NCBI GenBank assembly: GCA_051294375.1
Contig: CM119269.1
Span: 1,150,235 to 1,192,029 of the forward strand
From: Paraspadella gotoi
Lineage: Eukaryota > Animalia > Chaetognatha
Direction: 5' to 3'
DNA length: 41,795 nucleotides
The stretch's first letter is position 1. Each line of letters starts with the position of its first letter. Shown here one piece after another: positions 11,989 through 23,294 of the stretch. A program made the translations under genes and the position numbers. The notes beneath the pieces were generated by a model. That model saw nothing but the letters and a program-made list of their open reading frames with translations. It was not told the origin of the DNA and searched no databases.

Positions 11989-12604
11989 TAGGGGGTGAAT
12001 GTGAAAGTTTGGTAATCAAAATTTTAGCAGTTATATCTTGAGAAAACTATTTATATTTAATGATACTTAATTCTATAGTTATTTTTCTTTTTTTATATAA
12101 ATACTAGTAGCCCAGTCAGCTTATTTTGTATGTAGTACTACCCTTATATAATTGCTTCAAAATTTCAAAATAGTTTTTTTTTTAATTTGAGAACAGATTC
12201 AGATTCCTTATTTTAAAAATTGATAAAAGAAATAATAAATCTTTTTAAAAATTATTTATCATTAAGTAGGTTAAAAACAAAAAAATTATATTTTTTCTTA
12301 CAACATAATTTTTAGATTTTTGACCAACTTAATGAAAGAATTTTTAAAAAAGAATTATACTTTCTTATATTAACTTCTTTGTAAGGAATTCCAAATCCGA
12401 TCTAAAATTTAAAAATTTTGTATTTTTTAAATTTTTAGCCATTATATACTTATTACTATATATTAAATGTAGCTCACTGGGCCCCCACTAATGTATGAAA
12501 TTTAAAAAATAAATTTACCAAAGTATTTTAATTGGTTTTTATTCACGTTTTATATGCTAAATTTTAATTTTATAAAATTTTATCATTTTTCACATCACCT
12601 CATA
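11989..12604. mobile_element. hAT-like MITE, 616 bp, 8-bp TSD, foldback along most of its length
   Basis: The ends TAGGGGGTGAATGTGAAA and TTTCACATCACCTCATA are imperfect inverted repeats. Flanks are CTGG(T)TCAC at 11980-11988 and CTGGTCAC at 12605-12612. A single CTGGTCAC marks the empty site at 10790-10797. Confidence 0.85.
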
Positions 12605-12954
12605 CTGGTCACCTCCTCCCCCTCTTCTCCCCTTGCCCCCTCCCCTCACTCCTCCATCTTTCCCCACCTTCTTTCAAACAATATTCTGTCAGCAGCCTCT
12701 CACTGTTGTCTGCTACCTAAGACAGCTTTAGAGCGAGATAGTTCCGTTTTCGACGAATGCCTTTCAAGTCAAGTCAAGATAACGACGACGCCGATAATAA
12801 TGTCGACGCCAGTTGTTGGCGTCAAAACGACAATCTTCCTTCCGGTGAAAAAGAAAGCGATAATGACTAATGGGCGCGAGGGAGATTTTTACTAAGGGCC
12901 AATAGGTTTTTTTTTTCCCTTAAGGACAAATCCGAGAGTCTCTTTCTCGCGTTC

Positions 12955-12984
12955 GCTCTTCTCTCTCTCTGCTTCCTTCTCTCT

Positions 12985-13047
<63 letters not shown>

Positions 13048-13189
13048 TCCCTGGTTTGCGGGAGAAAAAACTCCGCGCGCCCGTTAATCTCTCGACCGGA
13101 GACCAGCGACCCAATCGGCAAAAAAAAAGGTGAGAGAAATGGAGGAAATAGGGGAATAGAAAGAGAGAGAGAGAGAGAGTGAGAGAAGA

Positions 13190-13265
<76 letters not shown>

Positions 13266-13275
13266 AGAGATAGGA

Positions 13276-13306
<31 letters not shown>

Positions 13307-13440
13307 GAGGAGAAGCGAGAGAGAGAGAGAGCAATGAGAGAAAGAGAGAGGGTGAGGGAGAGAGAGAAGAGGAGAGAGAGAGAGAAGAGAGAGAGAGAGA
13401 GGAGAGAGAGAGACAGAGACAGAGAGATAAGAGAGAGAGT
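12955..13440. repeat. (CT)n and long imperfect (GA)n microsatellite block
   Basis: CT run at 12955-13050 and GA run at 13160-13440. Confidence 0.9.
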
Positions 13441-14039
13441 CAGATATGTAACAATCCTTTTGAACTGTGCAGTTTAAAAAAAATGTTTAATGATTAACAA
13501 TCAAGGCGTTTTACCGCCAGTGATCTCTTATTATCGTTATTATAAAAAAAAGCCTTCTCCATGGCTGAAACAAACCAAAAAAAAAGAAAAAAAATAGAAA
13601 AGAAAAAAATAGAAAAGAAAAGAAAAACAAAAGGGAAAAAAACCGGATGAGCATTAAAAGCTGAGGAAGTTTGGAAACGAGACGTCGCCTCGTTTCGCGA
13701 GCGGAAACGAGCTAAAGGGCGAACGAAAGCGAACGGAAGAGAACAAGGGTGAAGGCAAACAAAGCGAACAAGCGCGAACAGAAAACGCGACAGAACAGAG
13801 AAAGACAAAGAAAGACAAGGAAAAATGGACGGACTGACTGACAAGCACGAATAGGCGGACAGAAAAAAAAAGGAGAGAGAAATATAATCGTACATAAAGA
13901 GAAAGGAGAAGTGGGAGAGATGTCTTTCACGCAAGCAAGCAAGCCGACCAAGCTATTATCAACGTCGAACCCAGCAGCGAATTTGTCACCAAGGAGGCGT
14001 AACCAGGATATATATATATAGATAAATTAGATAATATAT

Positions 14040-14332
14040 TGTATGAATTGGTAACAACCAATATAAAAATTATCCATTCATTTAATAAATAAGCTATCTT
14101 GCCCTGACTTTGGACAGCGCTTTGGTGGTTTAAGGCCTCCATCACTCTTACAGATAATGTACATAGCAGGTCCCCTGCAAGCTTTCAATCAAGACTCTCT
14201 CACAGTCCCGTTTATTCACTCCCAGAGTACCTGGCTTCCTATCACATGAAGTGGAAAATATTTCAAAGAATGTTTCAATTGTATGAAAAGACCACTCTCC
14301 CTTAAGTATTAGATCGGGAATACTTATTGTAT
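14040..14332 (+). mobile_element. Unclassified dispersed repeat, ~290 bp (longest copy)
   Basis: Segments recur at ~26724-26939, ~27655-27790 and ~28268-28332 with different flanks, e.g. AATAAATAAGCTATCTTGCC and TTATTCACTCCCAGAGTACC. Confidence 0.75.
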
Positions 14333-15229
14333 ATTATATTATACACAGTTGAGACTTTATAATTGGCGATTTGAGCTCACTACTGTCTATCTTGTATAAG
14401 TCAATTTCCGATTCATATTGTCCGAATATTGTTAATATTCCCTTGGCTTCTTTCCTTAACACTTTCGATTTTCGACCCCAATAATTTCACATTCACGGTC
14501 ACGACCCCAGAGAACCTGCCTGTCGTAACGCATTTTTTTCACGCGCAACGCTATGAATATCGTTACGCGCCTCGACACGCAGTTTTGCCTCGGCGGCAAA
14601 CAAAATGAAATTATTCTCGCGTAACGGAAAAACCGTTCCGCTTATCTCGAGAATTGGCGTAAGTGATGGAGCATCCAGCTTTTATAACCTTCCTCTGGTT
14701 CTTGCACGTACGAGTTTCTGCGCTTGGTACTCAAAACTAAAAAAAATATTTTGAGAAAATCTGATTCAAAATCGTAAATTCTATACTTATTTTTATCCTA
14801 TATTTTTTTTTCTAAGGTGATCCAAGTAATCTTTCAAAAACAACTACCAAAGGCAAAGGGGATACCATTCTCTTTGGCTTACATTCGGTGCACGAACGCA
14901 GGAGGGCGCACGCACGCACGCACGCAGCGTTCGTAGGTTTGACTTTCTCCAACAACGAATAATTCTACTCAAATCCACGACTCACAACAGTTAATATTAT
15001 AAAATTTAATATTAAAATAAAAAAAACTCCGATAAAGTTTTCGATTTCAAATCAAATTTAATTTTTCACATCTCGACAATTTCCTGTTTCTCAAATGTGT
15101 CTCCCTCTTCTCGTCAAAACACTCTGTCCCCTGTAAATCAATCCTATCCAAATCCTACTCCAATCCATCTCACCCAGACCCTTCGTCTCTCCTTTTCTTT
15201 CTCACCCTTTTCTCCATTTTCTCTCTCAT

Positions 15230-15338
<109 letters not shown>

Positions 15339-16045
15339 CACCCCTTTTTTAAAGTTCCCTCTCTGGAGAAACGCTTCTCTCTCCCGTCCACACTCCCACG
15401 CTCCTCGCAGCATTTACCACTACACCCTAGCTCCCACTCCAGCTCTTAGGCGGCGTGGAAATTCGCAAGAAATTGAATTTGGTTCGTGATACTTGGCGAT
15501 TCGATAAAAATTCTCCTCGCGGCTCGAATTATGGCATACGGCTTGCTGTTATTAGTCCGGTACAACAGAGGTGTTTTGGCCGGCGTAGGAAGGGAGGTAA
15601 ACCGATGGGACGTCGATCGTCGTTGTTAATGTTGTTGTCGTTTTCTTGTTTTCTTGTTTTCTTGTAGTTGTTTTAATTTTATATAGGGAGAGACGTTGAC
15701 TCCGTCGTACGACGAGCTCCAGAGCCAAAAGAATTATATTTCTTCCTCATTATTAATGTGCTTACTTACATTATTAATTTACTTACTTCCGTAAATGAAT
15801 AAAACCTTTTATTTGGGAGGAAAGCTGAAGGGATCCGGCGTCAGTCATCATTCATGAGAAGAAAAGTATAAAAAAAAACTGTGAAAGCGGTAACAAACAA
15901 AGATACTAAAGATAAAGATAGATATTATATGCCAAACAAGGTAACCTTTATCATCGAAAGTCCAAATAAAAAGTCCAAATAAATTATAAAACGAAAGATA
16001 AATCTGACGAGGAAGCAATAAAAACGCGCTTCATTTTTGGTTAAA

Positions 16046-16092
16046 AGGTCAGGGCCAGGGCTCGAACGTATGACTCTCGGTTCGAAGTCGCG
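16046..16092 (-). other. Possible tRNA-derived (SINE-like) fragment
   Basis: The minus strand reads GCGACTTCGAACCGAGAGTCATACGTTCGAGCCCTGGCCCTGACC, with a B-box-like GTTCGAGCCC. No A box or complete cloverleaf is visible. Confidence 0.25.
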
Positions 16093-16857
16093 ATTATGCG
16101 ATTATGCGAGTAAAGAAAGTATAGGGAGGCAGAAGAGAAGTCGAGGGCGATAAGAGAAGGAAGGGAAGGAAAGAAAGAGAGATAGGTAAGAGGAGGTATT
16201 AAGAAGAAGAGGAGAAAAGGAGAGGAAGGGAGGAGATGGGATCAAAGATAGGTAAGAGAAGTAAATAGGAAGAAGAGAGGCAGGTGAGGAAAAAGATGTT
16301 TTCCTCGAATAAGTGTTGCATTTTAATGTTCGGCAAACGCGTCCCGTTTCAAATTTATGGAGCGGGATATGCGGGAAGGCGGACGGGAATATGCATTTTA
16401 ATGTCGTCTTTCGACTTTTGATACCTCACTTCATTTCTCTTTCGAGAAGATTGAGACTTCGACTTACCCTCTAAACATCTTTGATGGGATCTTAACCCAC
16501 CCGTCCTCACCCTAAACTTTCTTTTCCTTCTGACGTCACTCGGAAAAAAAATTTCTCCGTGACCCGTAGTGGCCACGCCCTTCCGAATTGAAAGCCACGA
16601 GATTTAACTCTGACGAACCCCGACTTCGATCGTGCCCGCCCTAGAGAGTTGACCGATTCCGGTTCCTTACCCTTATGGCCTTTTAACCCTACCTCAACGT
16701 CCACCAACTCCACAGCCTTACCAGACCTTACCCTTGCTCCCGCGTCTCTTTTTCTCGCTGAGTCGGCGAATCCAAATCGGCTCCGCCTCCGTGGGAATTT
16801 TCTTTCTTTCTTTTTTTAGATGAGAAAAAAAAAAAAAAGATTTTGGAAAAAAAAAAA

Positions 16858-17176
16858 GAAGAAGCGAGATGGATGACGAAATTGGAATCGAAACGTTTTC
16901 ATCGTTTTTTTTCTCCGGATGATTATAAATGTGTTTTGTCACACTTTTATATCTCTTATTATTTAAAAATCATCTACAATTAAGTGAAAAAAAAATGTCA
17001 GACGGAAGAAAGAGGCGTTCCATGACGACCACGGCGTCATCTGCTTCGAAATCAAAGAACTACGTAATTCGCGAAATTACTTCATTACATCGAAAGCTGC
17101 GTCGTTGCTTCTACTCCGATCGTCGTAATCGAACCGGCGCCGGGATTAAGAACGGGGAAAATGTTTGAGAAATAAA

Positions 17177-17240
<64 letters not shown>

Positions 17241-17590
17241 ACAAAAAAAAAAAAAAAAAATAGGAATCGATTAATTCCTTCCTTTTTCCGAAATCGAGAT
17301 NNNNNNNNNNNNNNNNNNNNNNNNNGGGAGTAGAAGCAACGACGCAGCTTTCGATGTAATGAAGTAATTTCGCGAAATTACGTAGTTCTTTGATTTCGAA
17401 GCAGATGACGCCGTGGTCGTCATGGAAACGCCTCTTTCTTCCGTCTGACTTTTTTTTTCACTTAATTGTAGATGATTTTTAAATAATAAGAGATATAAAA
17501 GTGTGACAAAACACATTCATAATCATCCGGAGAAAAAAACGATGAAAACGTTTCGATTCCAATTTTCGTCATCCATCTCGCTTCTTCTTT
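16858..17590. repeat. Inverted duplication of ~260 bp (16858-17117 versus 17326-17590)
   Basis: The second arm is the reverse complement of the first and starts exactly at the 25-N gap at 17301-17325. Twin ORFs 16929..17168(+) and 17271..17516(-) reflect it. Confidence 0.85.
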
Positions 17591-17919
17591 TTTTTTTTCC
17601 TCATCTCGTTATAAAAGTTGAATTTCCTCGCGGACGATTTTCCCCTCGTTAAAAACCGCGATTTCGTTCATGGGCGAGTTTCTCTCCCATAAATGGTCCC
17701 GGCGTCCACCTGTTCCGGCTCAGTTTTGTCGTTGTCGTTTTCCGGCGGCGGGGTTGTTGTCGTCTCTCTCTCTCTCTCTCTGTCTCTCTCTGGAACGGCG
17801 TCTCTGGTTTCGACGCCGGAGGAGGAGAGAAAAAAAGAACCAGGAGCCGGTGGCGAATTCCGGCGCCAAAATCGACGATCGATGGCGAAGATAAGAGGAA
17901 AGGAAAGAAACGAGATATG

Positions 17920-19640
17920 ATTTAGAGGAAAGGGGGAGGAAAGGAAAGGAATGGAAGGAAGGGGGNNNNNNNNNNNNNNNNNNNNNNNNNNNNNNNNNNN
18001 NNNNNNNNNNNNNNNNNNNNNNNNNNNNNNNNNNNNNNNNNNNNNNNNNNNNNNNNNNNNNNNNNNNNNNNNNNNNNNNNNNNNNNNNNNNNNNNNNNNN
18101 NNNNNNNNNNNNNNNNNNNNNNNNNNNNNNNNNNNNNNNNNNNNNNNNNNNNNNNNNNNNNNNNNNNNNNNNNNNNNNNNNNNNNNNNNNNNGGAGGAGA
18201 GGTAGAAAGGTAAAAGGAAGGTGGAGGAAATGAATTAAGGGAGGAAAAGAAGAAAATGTCGAAAAAAGAGAGAAAGGGGAAGGAAAGGTAGAAAAGAAAA
18301 AGAACGATAAGGTAGAAAAAGAAAAAGGTTGACAAAATAGAGGAAGGTGGAGGAAAGAAAAAAGGAGAATCGAAGGGGAGGAAAAGACAATGTAGAGAAA
18401 TGTGAAGGAAAGAAAGAAGGAAATTGGAGGAAAGAAAAGCGGAGGAAAGGAAAATGGGATGAAGGAAAAGTGAACAAAGAAAGTGGAAAGCATCTAGAAA
18501 GAAATTAGTTAAAGGACAAAATAACTGTATTAGTTTGTTGGAGAGAAATTGAAGGGCAGAGTCGTGGGTATTCAGTCATTTGGTGAAAGCTAAAAAAGTG
18601 AGAGAGGGGGGGGGGTTTGTTATCGTAAGGCGAAGGAAGGAAGAGCGAAAGAACTGAAGATGGAAGAAAACGAGATAAAGAAAAAGGAAATGGAAAAAAA
18701 AGAAGCAAATATAAAAAAGGGGAAATCAAGAAAAATAAATGATAAAAAGCACAGAAAAGAGGAACGCAAGAAGCAAGGCGATGGAAAGGGAGATAAACTG
18801 CAAAGAAGGGAACGGAGGAGCGAAAAAAAATGGAGAGATAAAAGAAATAGTAAAAAAGAGGTAAGTATAGGAAATTAAGAAAATTATAGAAAATTAAAAA
18901 TTAACTTAAATCCAATCGATGTAAATTGTATTCTCGTTGAACCATGAGAGAATATAACGAGCTTTATAAATAAAAAAAAAAAGAAAAAGAAAGAAAAAGA
19001 AAGAAACAGAATTAAGTTGAATTAACTTCATAAAGAAAAAAGATCGAAAATAAAAAACCCGCGCAAAAATAAAATCCAACCTAATGAAAAAAAGAAAGAA
19101 AAAAAGAAAAAAAGACGACACGATTTCGTTTAACGAGTTTGGATTCCAAAGGAGACGTAGATAAAAAAAAAAAACAGAGAAAACAAAACGGAGATAAAAA
19201 ATACGGAGAAAAAAAACGGAGAAAAAAAAAACGAAGGCAAAAATCTGAGGCCGAGGAAAGAGACTCACATGGAAAGCATCCAGGAGTAAAGGAGGAGGAG
19301 GAAGAGGAGGAGGAGGAGGAGGAGGAGGAAGCGTAAAGAGAGGGAAGGAGCGAAAGGAGGAAATGCGACGACGCTGACGACAACGACTCCATCCGCGAGG
19401 AACGACGACGATCGACTGACGCAACGACGGATGAATGACAGGATTAGGCGGTCGAATTCATGCTGAGAGATTTTCTTTTCTTTACCTCTCTCTTTCTCTC
19501 TCTCATCTCTCTCTCTCTCTCTCTCTCTTCTCGCTTTCTCTGCTCTCTCTCTCTCTCCCTCTCCTTTCCTCTCTCCTCTCTCCCTCTTTCTCCTCTCTCT
19601 CTCTCCCCCTCTCTCCCTCTCTCTCATCATCTCTCTCTCA
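17920..19640. repeat. Purine-rich low-complexity region with (GAG)n and (CT)n tracts
   Basis: Strong A/G strand bias and simple repeats. The ORFs here have only low-complexity translations. Confidence 0.8.
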
Positions 19641-20256
19641 GCCGAAAAATAAACAAGCGAGGACTGATAGCTGGTCATATTTTGTCCGGGCGTGTCGCTC
19701 TCCCGATTTTCTCCTAATCTCGATTCTGGATTAACGAAGACTTTTTTTGTTGTGGAGGAAACATTGGTTAGTGAATAGAAGATGTTTAAATATATGTAGA
19801 TCGCATTCGTCGAAATATAGTTCGTATTCTTAGGTTTGTTAGTTGTTTTCCCGATTTAAATGAATGAAATTTATTTAGCTTGGTTCAGAACTTACGATCA
19901 TAAAAGTTTTGTTAGTCTTTGTCTTCTTTAGTCTTTGTCTTCTTTAGTTTCCTCTTCATGAATGTCATCCTTGTGAAGGACACAATAAAAGTCTTTGCCG
20001 TCTCCACTCTCAATGACGTTGGCTTTATATGTGAAGAGCTTAGATGTGAAGAGCTTAGAAAGTCTCACGATGGAATGTGAGTTATTTTTGCGTAGGATTC
20101 AACGAGGAGGAAATTGGCGATCTAAATTGAGTGTGTGTCAGAGAGAGAGAGAGAAAGANNNNNNNNNNGAGAGAGAGAGAGATTTTTTAAATTTCATTTT
20201 GTTCTTCGAATTCGGAAAAATTTTTTCGCTCAAATCGCATCACGATCTTTATAAGC

Positions 20257-20322
20257 TTGGATCATGCTTGGATCATGTTTGGATCATGTTTGGATCATGT
20301 TTGGATCATGCTCTGATCATGT
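20257..20322. repeat. 11-bp tandem repeat (TTGGATCATGT), ~6 copies
   Basis: Directly visible tandem units. Confidence 0.85.
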
Positions 20323-20995
20323 TGAGACAAAGCACGAATCAGGAATTGTTGGAGTTTCACTATGAGTCATAATAAGTTATGTGTCATCAAAATCAAATTT
20401 GGTTGTCACAAAAAAATGTGTGTGTACTATCTGTACAAGATTTAATGGTTGTCGCGACTTGAAAAAAATATTATTATAAAGCTTGATAAATTTAAAGCCA
20501 TAGAATTTGAAATAGCGCGATATTTTGTAATAAATAAATGGCAAACATTCCATGACCTAAAAGCAGTCACAAAAAAGTGAATATGAAACTTTATGTAAAG
20601 ATTCAAGATATTCGATAAAATTACATTCTCCCAACTGGTTTGTAAGATTCCCATTGCCGGCGCCGTCAATGCAAATGGCATCAACATTGCAAGCGTCGCC
20701 TTTGAAATGGGTTCTGCCGCAGATTCTGTGCCACGGAAAAAGAAATTCTGTATTGCGAAATATCGTTTATTAAATCTCCTTTGGCGAATGATTATTAATG
20801 TTTTTCTTTCGTCTCTACCAGAAAAAAATATCTTCCTCTATTTTTGACTAGTAATTTCCCGATGTAAGACCAGGTTTGAAAAATAACAACTCGCTAAATT
20901 TTAGTAGATTATAGAAAATATAGATACAGTGTTATGACCTCGAATGTAAAAATTCAACAGAACTATTTGGCAAAAAATCTTTTACACTATGAGAT

Positions 20996-21359
20996 AACAA
21001 GAACGGTGATTCCAATGTGTTGCGCCGCAGAGACTTTATTTTCATGTGTATGACATGACATGACATGACAAGACTAATAAACTTTCTTAGCCCTTGTATT
21101 TATGACACGCACTGCAGTCACTTAGATTTGAGGGTTTTTTTTCTGTTTTAAAAAATGGGAAACCAACTATAGTCAAAATATATACATTTTTAACGTAAGT
21201 GGAACAGACCGACGGACTGACCGACCGACGGACAGACCGACCGACGGACAGACCGACGACGCGACAGACCGACCGACGACGGACAGACCGCCGACCGACC
21301 GACCGACCGACTAATATGATATAAAGTTGCTCCTTGAGTATTCGCGGCGCAACTGAAAA
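20996..21359 (-). mobile_element. Helentron/DINE-1-like element, copy B
   Basis: AACAAGAACGGTGATTC...GTTGCGCCGC...(GACC/GACG/GACA)n...AGTTGCTCC...GCGGCGCAACTGAAAA is a reverse-complement homologue of 9363-9740 with perfect 10-bp subterminal inverted repeats. Confidence 0.7.
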
Positions 21360-21859
21360 TTGTTCCGCCTTTGCCCTATCACAGCTCCTCTCGGTTGCGA
21401 TCCAAAAATCCTACTTTGGCACTAAAATGTCAACTGCCTACTCGTCTGAAGATATAATCAATTAATCATTTATCGTCGCGACTCTCGCATCCCGAAGCAC
21501 CAGCAATAAAAGCTAATTAAATGTAAACGTCGTCAGAGGAAATTAAAATGTTATTTCGAATTGGAGAAACGGAAACGAAAAAAAAAAACCTAAAAAAAAA
21601 AAAATATGGAAAGATTAAAAGATAAAACATAAAGTAGATTAATATTTACGTGGAAAGACTGAACTTGTGTACAGTGTAATTTGTGCATCATGTTGAAAAT
21701 ACACAAATCTAATATATATCTAATACATTTATTAAGGACATGAAATGGAAATATGGGCACTTTTTTAAAGAGATTTTTTATAAATATTAATTTATATATT
21801 TTATATATTTATAACTAAGTCTAAAAGCAGAAAAAAACATTTAAAATCCGGATTAAAGA

Positions 21860-22719
21860 AAACCGTGGACTCTCACAGTTAAGGAGAGACGCCCTAATTC
21901 TCAAGGCAAAGCCTAGGACATCTTACATTTGCGAAGATAAAGAAGGCAAACAAGTCAAAAGAAATCGTGAAAACACTAAAAATTGTTAATTCCAAAATAC
22001 AACGAACTGATGAAAATGCCTCTTCCCAAAAGAAGAACCAAGTTTCTCCATTAGCTTCTACGCGCATTATCAATGCTTCTAATGACGGGCCCGTCCACAT
22101 CCTTTGGAAATCGAACTCTCACTTCCTGACGAGGTACCAGAAGATCCGGACGAGGATCCGTTCACTGAAGCACCAATACCGGAAAATGTCCGCGGAATGG
22201 TGATATTAGAAATGAGCTACGATACTCCTGACGCTAATGAGGAAGATGAGCTTGACGAGCCCTTGCTACTACCACTGCCTCCTGGGGATACCTCAGTTCA
22301 CCCAAAAACCAAGGAAATCCAGAAGAAGGTTAAACGGCCAATAACACCGAAATGGGGAATAAAAGAAGTTTTCGTAAGTGACTAGAGAAACTTCGAAACT
22401 TCCGAAACCATTCATAGAATCTCTCGAAAACTGCTGTTTTTACTGGAGTTATGGAACAAAGTTTCAGAAATCGCTGCCAAATCGGTAGATGACGACGTCT
22501 TCTCTCCCTTTTCTGAAAAAGATCTCATAAAATAACGGCATTAAACCCACCCTTGGTAAATCTAAGAAAGACGTTTCGGGTAAGAAATCCTTACCCCCGT
22601 CTGCACGCACCTCACCGCGTTTGTTTAAATTACAAATTGGTGATAAAGAAAACAATCTTCTACTCCCTCTGAGGAAACTGGTTATACGACGAAGCGAAAG
22701 ATTGCGTGCTTTTAAATAG
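21860..22719 (+). pseudogene. pol: 3' end of retrotransposon pol (post-integrase SH3-like region plus long acidic/basic tail), frameshifted
   Basis: With 1-nt indel corrections it reads KPWTLTVKERRPNSQGKPRTSYICEDKEGKQVKRNR(K)HLKIV, matching the W..V...PRSY.V...G...RNR.HL pattern that follows many Gypsy integrases. It ends VIRRSERLRAFK* (22681-22719). Confidence 0.7.
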
Positions 22720-23294
22720 ACAATATACTGATATCGTAACCAGTCGATAATATTAGAATAGTAGCACATACATCTCGAGATCCTGTAGCCCTCCAGTACC
22801 TCAAAAAAGATGATTAGAATTTTACTTACATCCTATATATAGATATTTCAAGTTTTAAAATTAGAATAGTACATGATTTTTATCTTAAAGAATAGAAGTT
22901 ATTTTACTTCAGAATAGTTTTTATTATCCCCTTGTTAGGGGGCCAGTTTTTTTACTCCAATCCAAACCCTAATGCTCAAAGTTACAACTCAATTAGCTTA
23001 ACATTATTTCGATATTGTTTTTAAGCATCGGCTTCAATTAAGAACGCAAAGAGTAATAACTAATCCTAATTCTGTATGCCTGACCGCGCTGAGAACTGCC
23101 TGTGATACGCCTGAGCTTTGTTTTAAAATTCGAATTATGTTCTATCCTTTTGACTCTTTGTTTTTTGGCTTTATATGCAATGTTCTTCGTAAGCGCTAGG
23201 CTATGTTTAGCTTTTTGTTGTTGATAAAATTATTGAGCTAATCAATTTGAAACTATTTTTTCAAAACAATTTATTTTCTAGTTGTTTGATCTCT

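Larger units (their letters stand above)
10062..12950 (+). repeat. Direct duplication, ~10062-11130 versus ~11235-12950 (probably two haplotypes)
   Basis: The same sequence lies on either side of the 25-N gap at 11201-11225. The second copy carries an extra 616-bp insertion. Confidence 0.85.

Noticed and set aside
16046-16092. Functional tRNA gene
   Set aside because: Only a B-box-like motif is present; the acceptor stem and D arm cannot be formed.
16858-17590. Inverted repeat as a foldback transposon or miRNA-like hairpin
   Set aside because: The second arm starts exactly at a 25-N gap and no TSD is visible, so an assembly artefact is more likely.
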